Positions 52,000 to 64,000 of a stretch of DNA of 64,000 bases are shown here, one piece after another. The stretch is taken from assembly GCA_013265495.1 (NCBI GenBank), contig MU058781.1, positions 7,607,009 through 7,671,008 on the forward strand, in the 5' to 3' direction. The position numbers were made by a program, and so were the translations under genes. Each line of letters begins with the position of its first letter. Position 1 is the stretch's first letter. This DNA comes from Vicugna vicugna. Taxonomy: Eukaryota. Below the pieces are notes generated by a model. It made no database searches. It had not been told where the DNA came from and saw only the letters and a program-made list of their open reading frames with translations.

Positions 52000-53800
52000 T
52001 ATTTTTAAAGTATCATTTCATTTCTGGTACACTGAAACTTTTTACTGGGAACTGTTTCAGTACTGTGTCAAATGACTTGTTTTGTTTTTGTTTCCTTCTT
52101 TTTCCCCTAGGTGGGAATGTGTTTGCCATTTCTCTAGAAGATACCTTTTAACTTACTGACATGCTTTATTGTATTAAGACATTTTATAACATTAAATCCT
52201 TCTTACAGTCTCAGAATATATCTTACTTGGGCATATGAGTACTTGTATTTGAACTATAATTTTTTTTCAAATTTTTGAAATATACCTATTTGCAAAAAAA
52301 GTTTCTGCATAATGGTTATGACAGTAATCACAAAATGATTTTAAAACTATTTGTTTTATGTTCCATTTATTTTATGAAATATCTGTTCCTTAAAATTTTG
52401 AAAGATTTTTTTCTATAGTATCATCAGGTTCTGGAACCTTTAATAGATCTTAGTTTTGGGGTTGGGTTGTTTTTGTTTTTGTTTTTCAATAATTTAGGTA
52501 AAAGGATGAATTTGTGACTTTTTTCTAGGTCATGAATTTCATCAAAACATAAATTTAAAAACTTAAAGATACAAAAGTATTATTTTTGCGTTTTTCTCTG
52601 TAATTATACATATTTTCATTCCCAATTTTGAGCATTTACATTTTCTCTAGACTTTGTATTTTAAATTTTATTAAATTTTTCAAAGAACCAGTGCTTGGAT
52701 GTATATGCTAAATCATCAACTGTCAACTTTCATTTCTAAAATTTTTCTTCCTATTTTTCTTAGACTAACTTTGCTGTGCATATTTAATTTCTATCATCAA
52801 ATATTTTATTTACATTCTTTCTAGTATAATGTTGGCATTTAAAGGTCTAAACTGGTATTTGACTACATCTTTGGCCACATATAATTAAATTTTAAAATCA
52901 CATTATGATTATGTCCTAAATATTCTAAAATTGAAAAGTATCAGTATTGATTTTTTTTATTAATTATAAAATTTCAAGCAGTACAAAAATAGGTAACTGT
53001 AAGTAAAATTCTTCTTACTTCAAACCAACTTTTCAAGGTACCAACTGCTAACAGCCTCTTTATTCTTTCAAATATTCTTTTATTCACGTAAATATACATT
53101 ACATTAAAAAGGCTGTAAAGGTCCACACTTGTGCTTATAGCATTGCCTGCATGTATAAATATTTCTCTGTAGTAGATTCCAGGGAGTGGATTTCCTAGGT
53201 CAAGGGGTACGTACATGTTTAATTTTGATAAGTACTCTCTAAGTGCTCTTGCACTGCACTCCACAAAAGCCTGTATCAGTTTATACAACAATAGTATATG
53301 TTCATGCCTATTTTCCTACACTCTGGCCATCCGTAATATATGACCAACATTTTAATTTATAATTTTATCTCAGTGATATTTAGCAGACACCTTTTAATTT
53401 CTAAGAAGCTGGATTTATTTTTTCTGTTGTTGGTTGGTGATGGTTGCTTCACCTTTTATTATTGTTGTTCAAAATTTTTTTTACAATGATTCAGTATGAG
53501 AATGTGATTGGTTAAAATTTAACTTTCAAATTTTACTGAGGTTTCCTTTGGAGCTTTATGGGTATAATATGCTATGAATGCCTTAAAAAAATGAAGCATT
53601 TTCTCTCTGTAGAATACAAATTAATGTGTTCTATGTTAATATATTATTATTATTATTTTGGGGCATTCTCTATATCCATATTTTATATCTAGTTAGTCTT
53701 TTAAAGTTAAGAAGTTGCTTAAAATTTTTACCTATGTTAATTTCTAAAGAGTTCATAATAGTTTTTATTTAGTTAAAATTTCTGTGTAATTTCTGAAATT
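52000..53800 (-). mobile_element. Highly degraded antisense L1 (L1ME-like) fragments
   Basis: T-rich; TTTTCAAAGAACCAG and GATTCCAGGGAGTGGATTTCCTAGGTCAAGGGGTA motifs. Confidence 0.5.
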
Positions 53801-56800
53801 AAATCAAGGATTCCTACTCCAACAAAGAAATAAATCAACATACTTACAGTTTACATACAAATGATACAGTATGTATATTTTTTCTTGTGAATAGTGGTCA
53901 TTGTTAGGAGAAGAGGTCATTTATGCAATATTTCTTTTTGTCTCTTCATACAAATTACTATGTCTTTTCTCTAATGGAATTCCATTAATACAATTTGACC
54001 ATGAGATTTCACTAGGGAGAACTAAAGTTCACTCTACCTGTAAATTAAGTTGGCACATATATAATTATTTTAAAACCTACTAGAAATCTCTCTCTAAATA
54101 ATTTATTGGTTCGTATTACTCTTATTCCATAATGGTCATACTCATAGCCTGATTTCCACACTAATTAGCCAAACATATTTCCTCTGTATATCTATCTTGT
54201 CCTATATATAGTCACTTAAATACTCAGCACCTGAATATAGTATGATATAGTATATATTTATAAGCAAATAAGAAGTCCATGCTTCTGGCTTCCTCCCTTC
54301 AACTCAAATTTGGAAATGCCACAGCAATGAACAAAAAGTTTGAGTAAATACTTTGAGGGAAAAAAAGTGAATGAGAGTCTCAGTGTGTAGGAAACAGCGT
54401 CCACCTGGAGAGCTCCAGGCGCACATACTGGCCGGGCCTCGGGAGAGCTCTCTAGAGCGCCCCCTTCTCTCTCTGCTGGCACATTTGCTCCAGGCAGCCA
54501 ATAGTAATAGGTATCAACACGGTCCAAACAGCTTTCTCCCCACTCCCTGATGCAGTCAGCATTCTCAGAGGGCAGCTACTCTTGGATTAAAACAGCTTGG
54601 GTCAGGGGCACTGGTCAAGAGATGCCTCGGGAGGGAGAGAGACAAGGAGTACAACAGTAAGAGCTCTCCATCCAGAAGTGCCCCTCCCTGCAACCTCCCC
54701 GGAGTGAGGACAGGCTAAGCCCTGGGTCTTCATCAGCTTCTCCCATGGCAGACATTACTAGTCAATGCAGCTGATGCTGAAGAGAGGACAGAATTGAGGT
54801 TTCTGGGGAAATCAAGACTTGCAGATTACCACCTGGCATAAATGAAGAGCCATCCCCATAAAGGGGGATTAAAGATACTCTCAGGCATACAGGGTCCCAG
54901 GTACTACTACAGACGACCTTCTTTGAAAGAATTCTTAGAAGCTGTACTTCAGAAAAAAAGAAAGATAAATGAAGGAAGAGGCAATAAGCAATGGAGGAAA
55001 GAAAGAGGGATGAACTTAGTAAGGCTTATGTTTGCTCAAATAAGCACAAATTTGTAAAAATTAGATTCATATAATCTGGTATTAAAACTCTAGAAAATAC
55101 TAACTTGACTGGGAACTACAGGCAGTATTCAGCTCACCAGTGAAAGTGAGAGCATGCTAGCTGTCTTGCTTTGTCCAGGGTAATATATAGACACAGATTA
55201 GCTTTTGCATTGCGACTGAATAAATAAGTATGCATTTGAGTCTTAATACATGAGGGGTAAGCACCAGGAGAATAAAAACAGAATGTGTAACTTTAAGACA
55301 AGTAAGGAAGAAATTCCATCTATCCAGTGGAAAATAGAGTGGGATAAGAAAGCGCAAGAAACAGAAAACAAAATTAAATGGCAGGAATGAGTGCCAGTGT
55401 AACAGTAATACCAACAGTAACAAAATAGTTCATTTATACCTCACTGTAGTCAAGAAATGAACGATGGTGACTTACAAATACTGTGTAGAGTAAGATAAAC
55501 TAAACTTAAGTGAGGGGAAATTAAGGCCATGATAGTAAGACCCACTCACAGGTGAGGTATGTTCTATCCTTAAATAAAACAATACAAAAAGACTGCTAAT
55601 GCACACCTATCAGAGCAAGTTTATAAACTTAAATGTGTGACAGTACTATTCCTTCTGAAGTGTCCCCTCTCAGAATCCCGCCTGGTAGGTCTGTGGCTCC
55701 CACTTCTCTCAGTCTCTGAAGACTGAACAGGATTAACTACACACACTAACACCAGAGTGTAGTCAGGTTAGTCACTTAATTAAAAACACTGTCTCTGTTA
55801 GCTTTAAGCAGATTAAAATCTACCTCTCTGAAATGTCAGTCCTGTTCTGTAGCCCATGTCATAATGATATTTTCCTTCAAAGACATACATTATCATACAG
55901 AGCCAGAGAAGAAAATTTCCAGTTTCTAAAGGATCATTTCATATTTTTCTTAATCATATGTACATAAGACAGTGTCACAGCCGAAACTATTCAACACATC
56001 CATTTGAACAAGTTCAACTGCAGGAGAAATTTAAAATCTGTATTCAGACTCTTAACTGTATGACTGAGCAAGTTCCCTCTCCTCTCTGAGCTTTGATTAT
56101 TTCCTCATTAAAGGAAAGAGGTTCAAGTACATGGTCTTTAAGATAGCTTCCAGTTTTCATAGTTTATATTGACCTTCCATGTCAACTCTGTTCTCATTCA
56201 TTCATGCTAATAACTTACTTTAATATATATAACTCTTTATTTCTATAATCATATTTATTATAGGAAGAAAACCCAAAGATGTGAACAAATAAAATCACCC
56301 ATAAATCTGATCATCTCTGTATATTAACATTATTTTATATTTCATTCCCTCTTTGCTTATTGATTTGTTAACTGAAATTATATTGACATAAATTTTGCCA
56401 TGTTTCTATTGTTTAATATTATAAAACTGGAATTTGTGTTACTGAAAACCTTCACACACGCCACTCAGCACTCCACTGCATGGCTATACCATCATTTGCT
56501 GTTCTTTCTCTTATTACTTCTCTCATACCTGGTCATTATAATCGTTTCCAAATTTACTCTGTTACAAGTGTTGCAATGGTAACTCTCTGCATGCATAAGT
56601 ATTTTAAGAAGTTTTTCTTAATATAATTTCTGTCAAATGACACAAATAGTATTTATATATAGGTAACATTGATGGAGGCACCACTCTATGCCAGACTACG
56701 TTCTAAGTGCTTCACATACATTGACTCGTTTAACCCTCACGTCTGTCTGCTAAAGTAGGCGCTGTCATCATCCGTCCACTATACAGGCTCCGAAGATGGA

Positions 56801-57533
56801 GAAACACCATGGACAGGTGTATCAGCACTGACAGTCAATGTACTCTTTTCAGGATAATGCCCAGGGCGTGCTGTCACATCAATTCGCCATTAAAATGGTA
56901 GCGTAGCACCTTCACAGCACAGAAGGAATTGGTGTTCACTTTAAGGAAAAGAGAATTCATGCAGCATTTTTGTTTAGAAGCAGTTTACGCAGCCTATGAG
57001 ATACCTGAACTCTTCAGGCAGTCTGCAACTCACATGTCTGTATTCCCTGGGCGATGGATAGAGAAGAATTTAGAAGGATCGCAAAAAACACCCTAGGTCT
57101 CCATGCAGATGTTATTTCGGAGCAAATACAAAATGGTTTTTTCAATGTATTACTTAGTGTTTTTAGCTTTCTTTGTTAAATTGTCATTTTTAATAACCTA
57201 AAATTACAAGCCACTTAAATAAGAAACTACCCTCGGAAGGAACTGAACATTATCTGCCATGGGAAGTCTTCCTCTCTTCCTCTTTAACTTCTCTTGTGTG
57301 AGTGACATGGTCAGCGGGAAAGGCATGCTGAGCACTTACTTTCACCACGGACCTAGTGGTACCCAATGCACCGTCAGGCTGGCTTAAGCCAAACTCCATG
57401 GTATCATTTTTATACTTAGGCTTAGTATTTAATTAATCAAGTTTTCATCCACATTGCCTTTTTTTTTTTTTTTTTTATTGAAAACTGCCAAAAACATTTT
57501 GCCAGTTGGTAAAATAATAAAATTGCTTGTTCT

Positions 57534-57620
57534 NNNNNNNNNNNNNNNNNNNNNNNNNNNNNNNNNNNNNNNNNNNNNNNNNNNNNNNNNNNNNNNNNNN
57601 NNNNNNNNNNNNNNNNNNNN
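57534..57620. other. Assembly gap (87 N)
   Basis: Run of N. Confidence 1.
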
Positions 57621-59029
57621 TATTTTTTTTTTTTTTTTTTTTTACTGAACCCTGCCAAAAACATTCTGGCAGATGGTAAAATAATAAAATTGCTGGCTCT
57701 GAAATCCAAAATCTTGTAGATAATTAGAAGACTTGATACAGGTAACATTTATTAGTCATGAAGAGCCTGACAGCAAGAAGAATTTTTCAACCCACACAAT
57801 TTTGAAAGGGGTAAAAAATTCTTTTTGAACACTGATCAAATTATGTTTCTGTGACAAGAAGGGAGAAATACACTTCATAAAATTGAGCTGGACAACTTCG
57901 GTTAAACATAGCCCAAAGAGAGAGAAGGAAAGAAAGCCTTTATAGGGGTGATCCCACGTACTGAGCAACAAGGGCAAATATGAACCACCTTTTGAAAATT
58001 TCCTCTGTTCTGTTAAACAAATTGCAGGTCCGTTAAGTAAAGATAAGCACCAAGAATAATCTTGGTCATCACCAGAGTAGCTTTAAATGAAATAACATGT
58101 GTTCTAATTATCAGTGTTCCTTCTTTCTTAGCATAAGCATCATTCTTGGTCTGGGAAGGAACCCTCTGTAGGGACATTTGCTCATTGTAGAAGCTTAAGT
58201 TTTTAAGATTTTTAAGATTTAGCTATTTCACAGCCACCGTTGCACACATAAGCTGCACTGGTTACCCCATCCATGCTTCACCAAAGCCAAAGATACCTTA
58301 CAAACACAGCGGATTCAAGCAATCCTGCTGTTAACACTGTGGAGTAGGGATAAACAGCACTGGTAATCTGCTGAGGGGTTCAGGCTGCTGTGGTTTGATC
58401 ACAGACAATATGCCATCTTCCCAGCATCAAAAACAAGTGCTGTTTTGTGAAATTAGATGACTTGCACAGGTTGTACCCTGGAAGGCCTCAGACTTGATCA
58501 TAGATCCCTGACTCCCGTATCCTGTTCTTTCCACTGATTTATGTCTGCGAGTTTGTATGCCAGATTCACCAAACCAAGTGACCACAGTCACATCCTGTGA
58601 ATACACACAGGAACAAGTGACAAGGCCAAATAAAATTGCAATGTGTTAATTTTTAAAAGTTAAACTCAAGAGTGGATAATATATTGAAATCCTTGAAAAG
58701 GGAAGAAGCAGGGAAGGAGGGGGGAGGGAAGCACTTTTTTCCTGTTTTTCTAGTTGAAATATAATGACCTTTAAAAGGGAATTTCAGAAAAGAATGGCTG
58801 ACTCTATATGTTGTCAAATATTCAGATTAATTCTCTTGGGAAAATGGAGTGATAGCTTGGCAAGGAATGAAATACAGCTATGCAGGCCAGGAAAGATATT
58901 TTCCACAGAAAATTTATCAACTAGGTATCTCTGGAGAGAGGGGCAGTTAAACTCAAACCAAGTATCATGGCTGCTAAGAGATAAGATGTTAAAATAATAA
59001 TAGATAGCTTTAAAGTAAAGTCTAAATCT

Positions 59030-59235
59030 TTCCCCGTTGTATCTTCTTGGCATGTTTATCATAAATTAACTGACCATTTATGTGTGGGTTTCTTTCTGGG
59101 CTTTCTATTCTGTTCCATTGAACTGTGTGTCAGTTTTTATGCCAACACCATACTATTTTGTTTACTATAGCTTTGTAAGATGGTTTAAAATAGGGGCACG
59201 TGATGCCTCCAGTTTTGTTCTTCTTTCTCAAGAAG
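59030..59235 (-). mobile_element. L1 ORF2 fragment
   Basis: TCTATTCTGTTCCATTG..TTTATGCCAACACCATAC..TACTATAGCTTTGTA..GTGATGCCTCCAG..TTGTTCTTCTTTCTCAAGA. Confidence 0.85.
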
Positions 59236-60460
59236 GCTGTCCAGGAACTGTTTCTTATTCTTGGCTGTTGTTAGTTTCAGCTGCTTTCACCCCTTTTCAT
59301 GCATTTTTATGGTTGTGTCAATGAGAAGTTGAAAAGGATTATGTCCCCCACACTGAACAGCAAAGTAAAAGGCTGCATGTGAAACGATGAGCTTTGTGTC
59401 TGTGTTTGGAAGATGGTAGGGATGGATCATTTGAGATGACTTAAACAGAGTTCACTTAGTCCCTGCTGCTTTTTCCGAAGATTTGAAGATCACGGGTGGA
59501 GGGTGACAACGTGGTGCCCCAGCCCAAGGGAAGGAGACAATAAAACAACGAAGGAGGAGACGAGAGCGGCTGGACGTGTCTAAGACAGGATTTTTCTTCT
59601 AGCTTGTTCCCAGCCCATTCCTAACTACTGAAAACAGCTGGCTGTTTCTTTCATTTAATCCTTTGTTATCTTGGATTTGATTTAAAAAAAAATTCTATTT
59701 AAAGAAGCCTTTTACATTTTTAAAGGAGAAAAAAACGGGGTAAAGGTGGCATATTATATGAGGAAAATTTTTTTAGATTTCGTATGTATGCGGCAAGAGG
59801 AAAATGTGAGGGGGGCGGAAAGCAAATGAGCCAAGGTTTCCTTATTTCCTACCTGGACTCTTGACCTGCCTTCTCACCCAGAAGCACTGCCACGTAACAT
59901 GGCAGGTCATTTCATTTGTTTGGGTCGAATGTGATCATGATATTCTAGAATGCCTCCTGGAGTATTTTAATGTTCACATCTTCCACTCTGAGTTTCTCCC
60001 GTGACCTGGCCAAATTCCCAAGTAACACGGGAGAGTCACCCACACGGCACGTGGCTTTGCAGGACCACCAGCATGGGCACGGACTCAGCCCTGCGGTCTG
60101 GCTAGTTCACCCAATCCAGACGCGACATTTTGTCTCCTTCCTCAGCGCAAGCAAGGTGGAGACTTGGACTGAGATGAACTGACTTCATCCCAATTTGAAC
60201 AAGACAAACACCACCTGGCAAGAGCAAATATCTAGAAGAACAGACCTGGCTTGATGGCCCCTTCTATTGAAAGCACATGTCTTGACTTAGCTGGTAAACA
60301 TCGAGGCCTAAAAGCTTTGAATTCATGTTAAGAGCACTGGAAGAGGTATCAAGAACATATCTCTTATGTTCCTTTGACTCTTACAGCAAAAGTCTACTAT
60401 CCCAGATAAGGAGGTACACAGTCAACCTCTGGCTGGCCATATAAATGCAGGAATCCCTTA

Positions 60461-60644
60461 GCATGTTCTGTTGATCCAAAGATGCTTATTTTTTCACATT
60501 TTAATCTCTCTCAAAGTAGGATGCATTTTACAATGGCCGATGTGTCATAATCTTTATTGGTAGTGCTGTTTGGGGAGATTTTATTAAAATATTAAAAATT
60601 ACTGCATCTTAAAATTGATGGGGCCTTAGATTACATGAAATACA
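60461..60644. mobile_element. MER104-like TcMar-Tc2 MITE
   Basis: AAGATGC..TTTTTTCACATTTTAA..GGATGCATTTTACAAT..TGCATCTTAAAATTGATGG..CTTAGATT..ATGAAATACAG. Confidence 0.7.
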
Positions 60645-61095
60645 GAAGTTGGAATTCCTTGGAAAGTACTGCCTTGGTAGTTCTAGGAACGAGGGGGTAA
60701 TAGGAAGTAAACTTAGGAAGTGAACTGCAGGGCATTAAAGATGAAAGTTTTATGAAGTAACTTTAATGATAAGTGGTTCTCTTGCCTCTTGTCAGCTTTC
60801 CTGAGGGCAGGGACTAACTGTGTACTGTACTTGATCAGTACAATACCTAACCTAGTGTGAATATTTGTTAACTACATTGTCATAACAGAAGCAGTCATTC
60901 ATTACGAGGGGACAAATTACTGAAAAGAAAAAGAGGAACCCAACACTGAAATTCCAACTTACCACTTTTTACTGACCAATTCCATATAATAGCATTATTT
61001 TGCATTATCTTCTACAAGAATTTCCCTGTCATAAACCTAAATACTGAATTAGGGAAATGCCATTAAGTACCTCTGGAATCAAAAATTCCTTAGAC

Positions 61096-62125
61096 CAGTG
61101 ATCTCAAACATGGTTGCACATTAAAATCACCTAGGAGACTTTTAGAAAATGCTTGTATCCAAACCCCATCTCACACTAAATCAAAGCGAGAAGACGTCTG
61201 GGAGTAGGGCACTGGCACATTTTCAAAAGCCTTTCCAACAACAGAAAAAAATCAACCAAATCAAGAAGTGATTTTTCCAGAAAAATAAACAAAATTGACA
61301 AGCTTTTAGCTATATGACCAAGGGAAAAGAGATGACTCAAATAAAATTTTAAAAATTACAAGATTTTACAGAAGGATTGCAATAAGGTTTGTAAGGGAGT
61401 TCTATAAACAATTATATATAAACAAATGCGATAACCTAGAGGAAATGAACAAATTCCTAGAAAAGGACACCCTTCCATGGCTGAACCATGAAAAAATGGG
61501 AAGTCTGAGTAGAACTGAAAGCAAGGACTTAGATATGCACACACCCCTGTTCACAGCAGCCTTATTCACAGTAGCTAAAAGTGGAAGCAACCGAAGTATC
61601 CATCAACTGATGAATGGATAAACAAAATATAATATACACATACAATGGCATATCAGTCAATCTTTTCAAAAAAGCAAATTAAGAAAATTCTGACACACGC
61701 TACAACAGGCATGAACCTTGAAGACATTATGCTAAGTAAGCCAGTCACTGAAGGACAAATACTGTGTAATTCCACTTATATAAGGTGGTAAAATCGTCAA
61801 ATTCAGAGAGGCAGACAGTAGAATAGTGGTTTCCAGGAGCCGGGGTGAGGAAGAAAGGCGAGTTATTATTTGGTAGGTAGAGAATCTGACAAGATTAAAA
61901 GGTTCTGAAGGTGGACGGTGGTGATGGTAGCACAGCACTGTGAATGTACGTAACGCCACTGAACTGTAGACCCCCAAATAATGAGAATGGTACATTTTAT
62001 GTTTTATATCTATATCTGTATCTATCTATCTATCTATATATAGAGAGATATATATATCTGCCACAATTAAACAAAATTAAAGCCTCCCCAGCTGTTTTCA
62101 GTACGGACGAATTTGAGAACCATGG
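61096..62125. mobile_element. MER5B-like hAT MITE split by an L1
   Basis: CAGTGATCTCAAAC..CACATTAAAATCACCT (61096-61237) continues at 62079-62125 (..TTGAGAACCATGG); 8-bp flanks CCTTAGAC / ACTTAGAT resemble a hAT TSD. Confidence 0.7.
61238..62078 (+). mobile_element. L1MB-like truncated, internally deleted L1
   Basis: AAAATTGACAAGCTTTTAGC and AACCTAGAGGAAATGAACAAATTCCTAGAA, then the 3' end GTTCACAGCAGC..ATGAACCTTGAAGACATTATGCTAAGT; TSD-like AAAGCCTTTCCA / AAAGCCTCCCCA. Confidence 0.85.
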
Positions 62126-62309
62126 ACTTAGATCAAATGATATTCTCAAGTAATTCTTACCACACTTGACAGTTGAGTTTCTCTAGATGGAAACACAAAC
62201 ATTTTTTTTTCTGTGTCCTCAGCTGCTAGTACTGAGCTTGCCACACAACATCAGTAATTCTGTCTGCTTTTTATTGACCCCAATTATTTGTCAGAAATTA
62301 TGCTGTGAC

Positions 62310-62445
62310 AATTGTTCTCAGTTTCGAGTCATCAGAATCACCTGATGACTTGACAGAACTCAGATTGCTGGACTCCACCTGCAGTGAGGCATTACATTTC
62401 TAGTAAGTTTCCTAATGAGGCTGGACTGGGGACCACAGGCTGAGC
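62310..62445. mobile_element. MER5A remnant
   Basis: GTTCTCAG..CATCAGAATCACCTG..CAGATTGCTGGACTCCACC..CATTTCTAGTAAGTTTCC..GGGGACCACA. Confidence 0.65.
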
Positions 62446-63279
62446 ACTGCTGTGCCGAGCACTGTGCACATTATAACAGGATGTACAACAACCCATGGGG
62501 CACGTAGCATAGTTAGGCTCAGAGACATTAAACGACTTGCCCAAAATCATGCATCACGAGGTGCTGGAGATGTATTAAATCCCAGGTCTTTAAGACTCCA
62601 CAACCATGCCATTTCATGATGGTCTGGATGACAGCCATTGAATGGACGAATTGTCTTAATAAACTCTTAGTAGACATCAATAGAAAGCTAGAATTTGGCT
62701 AAAGTTTTTTTTTTTTCATCTTTTAAAAACAAAGTCAGTGGAAGGATGGTCTTTTATAGTTTCTCAGTTATGGTCCAAGGCAGTGTTTTGAAATGCCACC
62801 ATTACCCATGTGCAATCACATGGCACTTGAATCTAGGCTCCAAAGTAGCGACATTACACTTGTTACCATGTTAGCTAACAGCACCCTTCTCCTCTCAGAT
62901 TCCTTCTAGGCGTGCCCTTTCTTTGGGATAAGACGTATCCTCTCTCTTTTTCCATATATTTTTTCAATTTATTAATTTAACTTATCACCCCCAAATAGAT
63001 CATTTTCTTTGCCCATAGACTGACTTTTGTCTCACTTTGCTCTTTAATCCCTCATTGCTCCTTATAAGTAGATTTTTTAAACTTTTTTTTTTGCCAAAAG
63101 AGTTAAAACTTGATGTTATAAAAATACTCTTCAAAGAAGAACTTTCCTCTTAATTATATCCGCAGGAAAAGGAAAAAATAAAAGAGAAAAGAAAAACTAT
63201 ATGAACAGAAAGGAAGAAATAACAAATGAACTGAAATTCCCAGGTCTAATTAATGCTCCTGGTTTAAATGCTTTTAATT

Positions 63280-63510
63280 AATAATAGTGACAGCTACCAT
63301 TCACTGGCTGCATATTAAGTGTCGAACACTGTGCTAAGCAGCTGAGGAATGTAATGTTTTAGTCCTGATAAAAAAGTATCTGCAGTGGCTATTTTTAATC
63401 ACCATTTTCTAGATGTGGAAATAGGCATAGATAAAGTTAGGTAACTTGCTAAATGCATTTTGCCACTGAGTCTGGCTCCAGAAGTTCATGTTTTCACCCA
63501 CTGTATTCTA
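63280..63510 (-). mobile_element. MIR SINE
   Basis: CACTGTGCTAAGC..CCATTTTCTAGATGTGGAAA..GTTAGGTAACTTGC..TCTGGCTCCAGAAG. Confidence 0.7.
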
Positions 63511-63714
63511 GTCTTCTTTGCTAAGGAAAAAAGAAAGATATGAGGTGGTCTTGTATCACTCAGAGGGTCTTGCCGCTCAGGGAGGACTTGGCGGGGTTCC
63601 TTCCTACTTTTTGGAGCTTATTTCGGAATAGGAACTCCGGTACAGAAGGTCATTTCTGGTCCCTAAGGCCGTCTCTGTTGATAACTGAAGTACATGTAAG
63701 GAGGTCCTGTCATG

Positions 63715-63958
63715 TCTGGCTTGAGAGAAAGGTCTTCAGAATCAGACTGCCTCCGTTTGGATTGTAACTCTACCATGTCTGTGTAACACTGAACAAGACA
63801 CATAATCTCTCTGTGCTTCAGTTTCCATAGTGGTGCAATGGAATAAAACTTGTACCTAACTCACAGAAATGCGAGGATTAAGTGATGGAAACCACGTAGA
63901 GCTCTCTGAATAGCACCCGGAACATTAAACACTCTACAAGTAGCTACTATTATCATTA
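63715..63958 (+). mobile_element. MIR SINE
   Basis: GAATCAGACTGCC..AATCTCTCTGTGCTTCAGTTTCC..GTACCTAACTCACAG..GAGGATTAAGTGA..AGCTACTATTAT. Confidence 0.8.
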
Positions 63959-64000
63959 GCAGTTTTTAAATATTGGCCCTGTTTTATGATTATCGTCTAT

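Noticed and set aside
59862..59909. 9-bp inverted repeat TGACCTGCC..GGCAGGTCA
   Set aside because: With free spacer length such repeats are expected by chance in 64 kb; too short for a miRNA hairpin
1..64000. CRISPR arrays, rRNA/tRNA genes, prokaryotic operons or defence systems
   Set aside because: The sequence is mammalian; I saw no repeat-spacer array, structured RNA gene or dense coding region

Overview
AT-rich mammalian genomic DNA that is intergenic or deep intronic. I find no credible host protein-coding exon, RNA gene or CRISPR array. Much of the window is transposable-element debris: ancient eutherian MIR and L2 elements, MaLR/ERVL solo LTRs, MER5/MER58/MER104 DNA elements, old L1M-type LINEs and a few much younger LINE-1 insertions. 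The young L1 3' UTRs look cetartiodactyl, and I saw no Alu, B1/B2, Bov-tA/BovB, PRE-1 or SINEC, so a camelid is my best guess (inference). The only long ORF with a recognisable product (45729-46691) is the C-terminal 320 aa of L1 ORF2p in a 5'-truncated young insertion. The most interesting signals are mechanistic footprints of retrotransposition and repair: a tailless 137-bp L1 5'-end insertion with a perfect TSD; an L1 3' transduction; a ~210-bp local templated duplication; a 46-bp micro-inversion in L1 ORF1; an L1 lacking most of ORF2; and an orphan L1 endonuclease fragment. There is also an NF-kB/AP-1 enhancer candidate, weak minus-strand exon signals and an assembly-gap artefact. I do not see a convincing new gene system. 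Repeat family names come from recalled consensus sequences and need Dfam/RepeatMasker confirmation, and boundaries of old elements are approximate.
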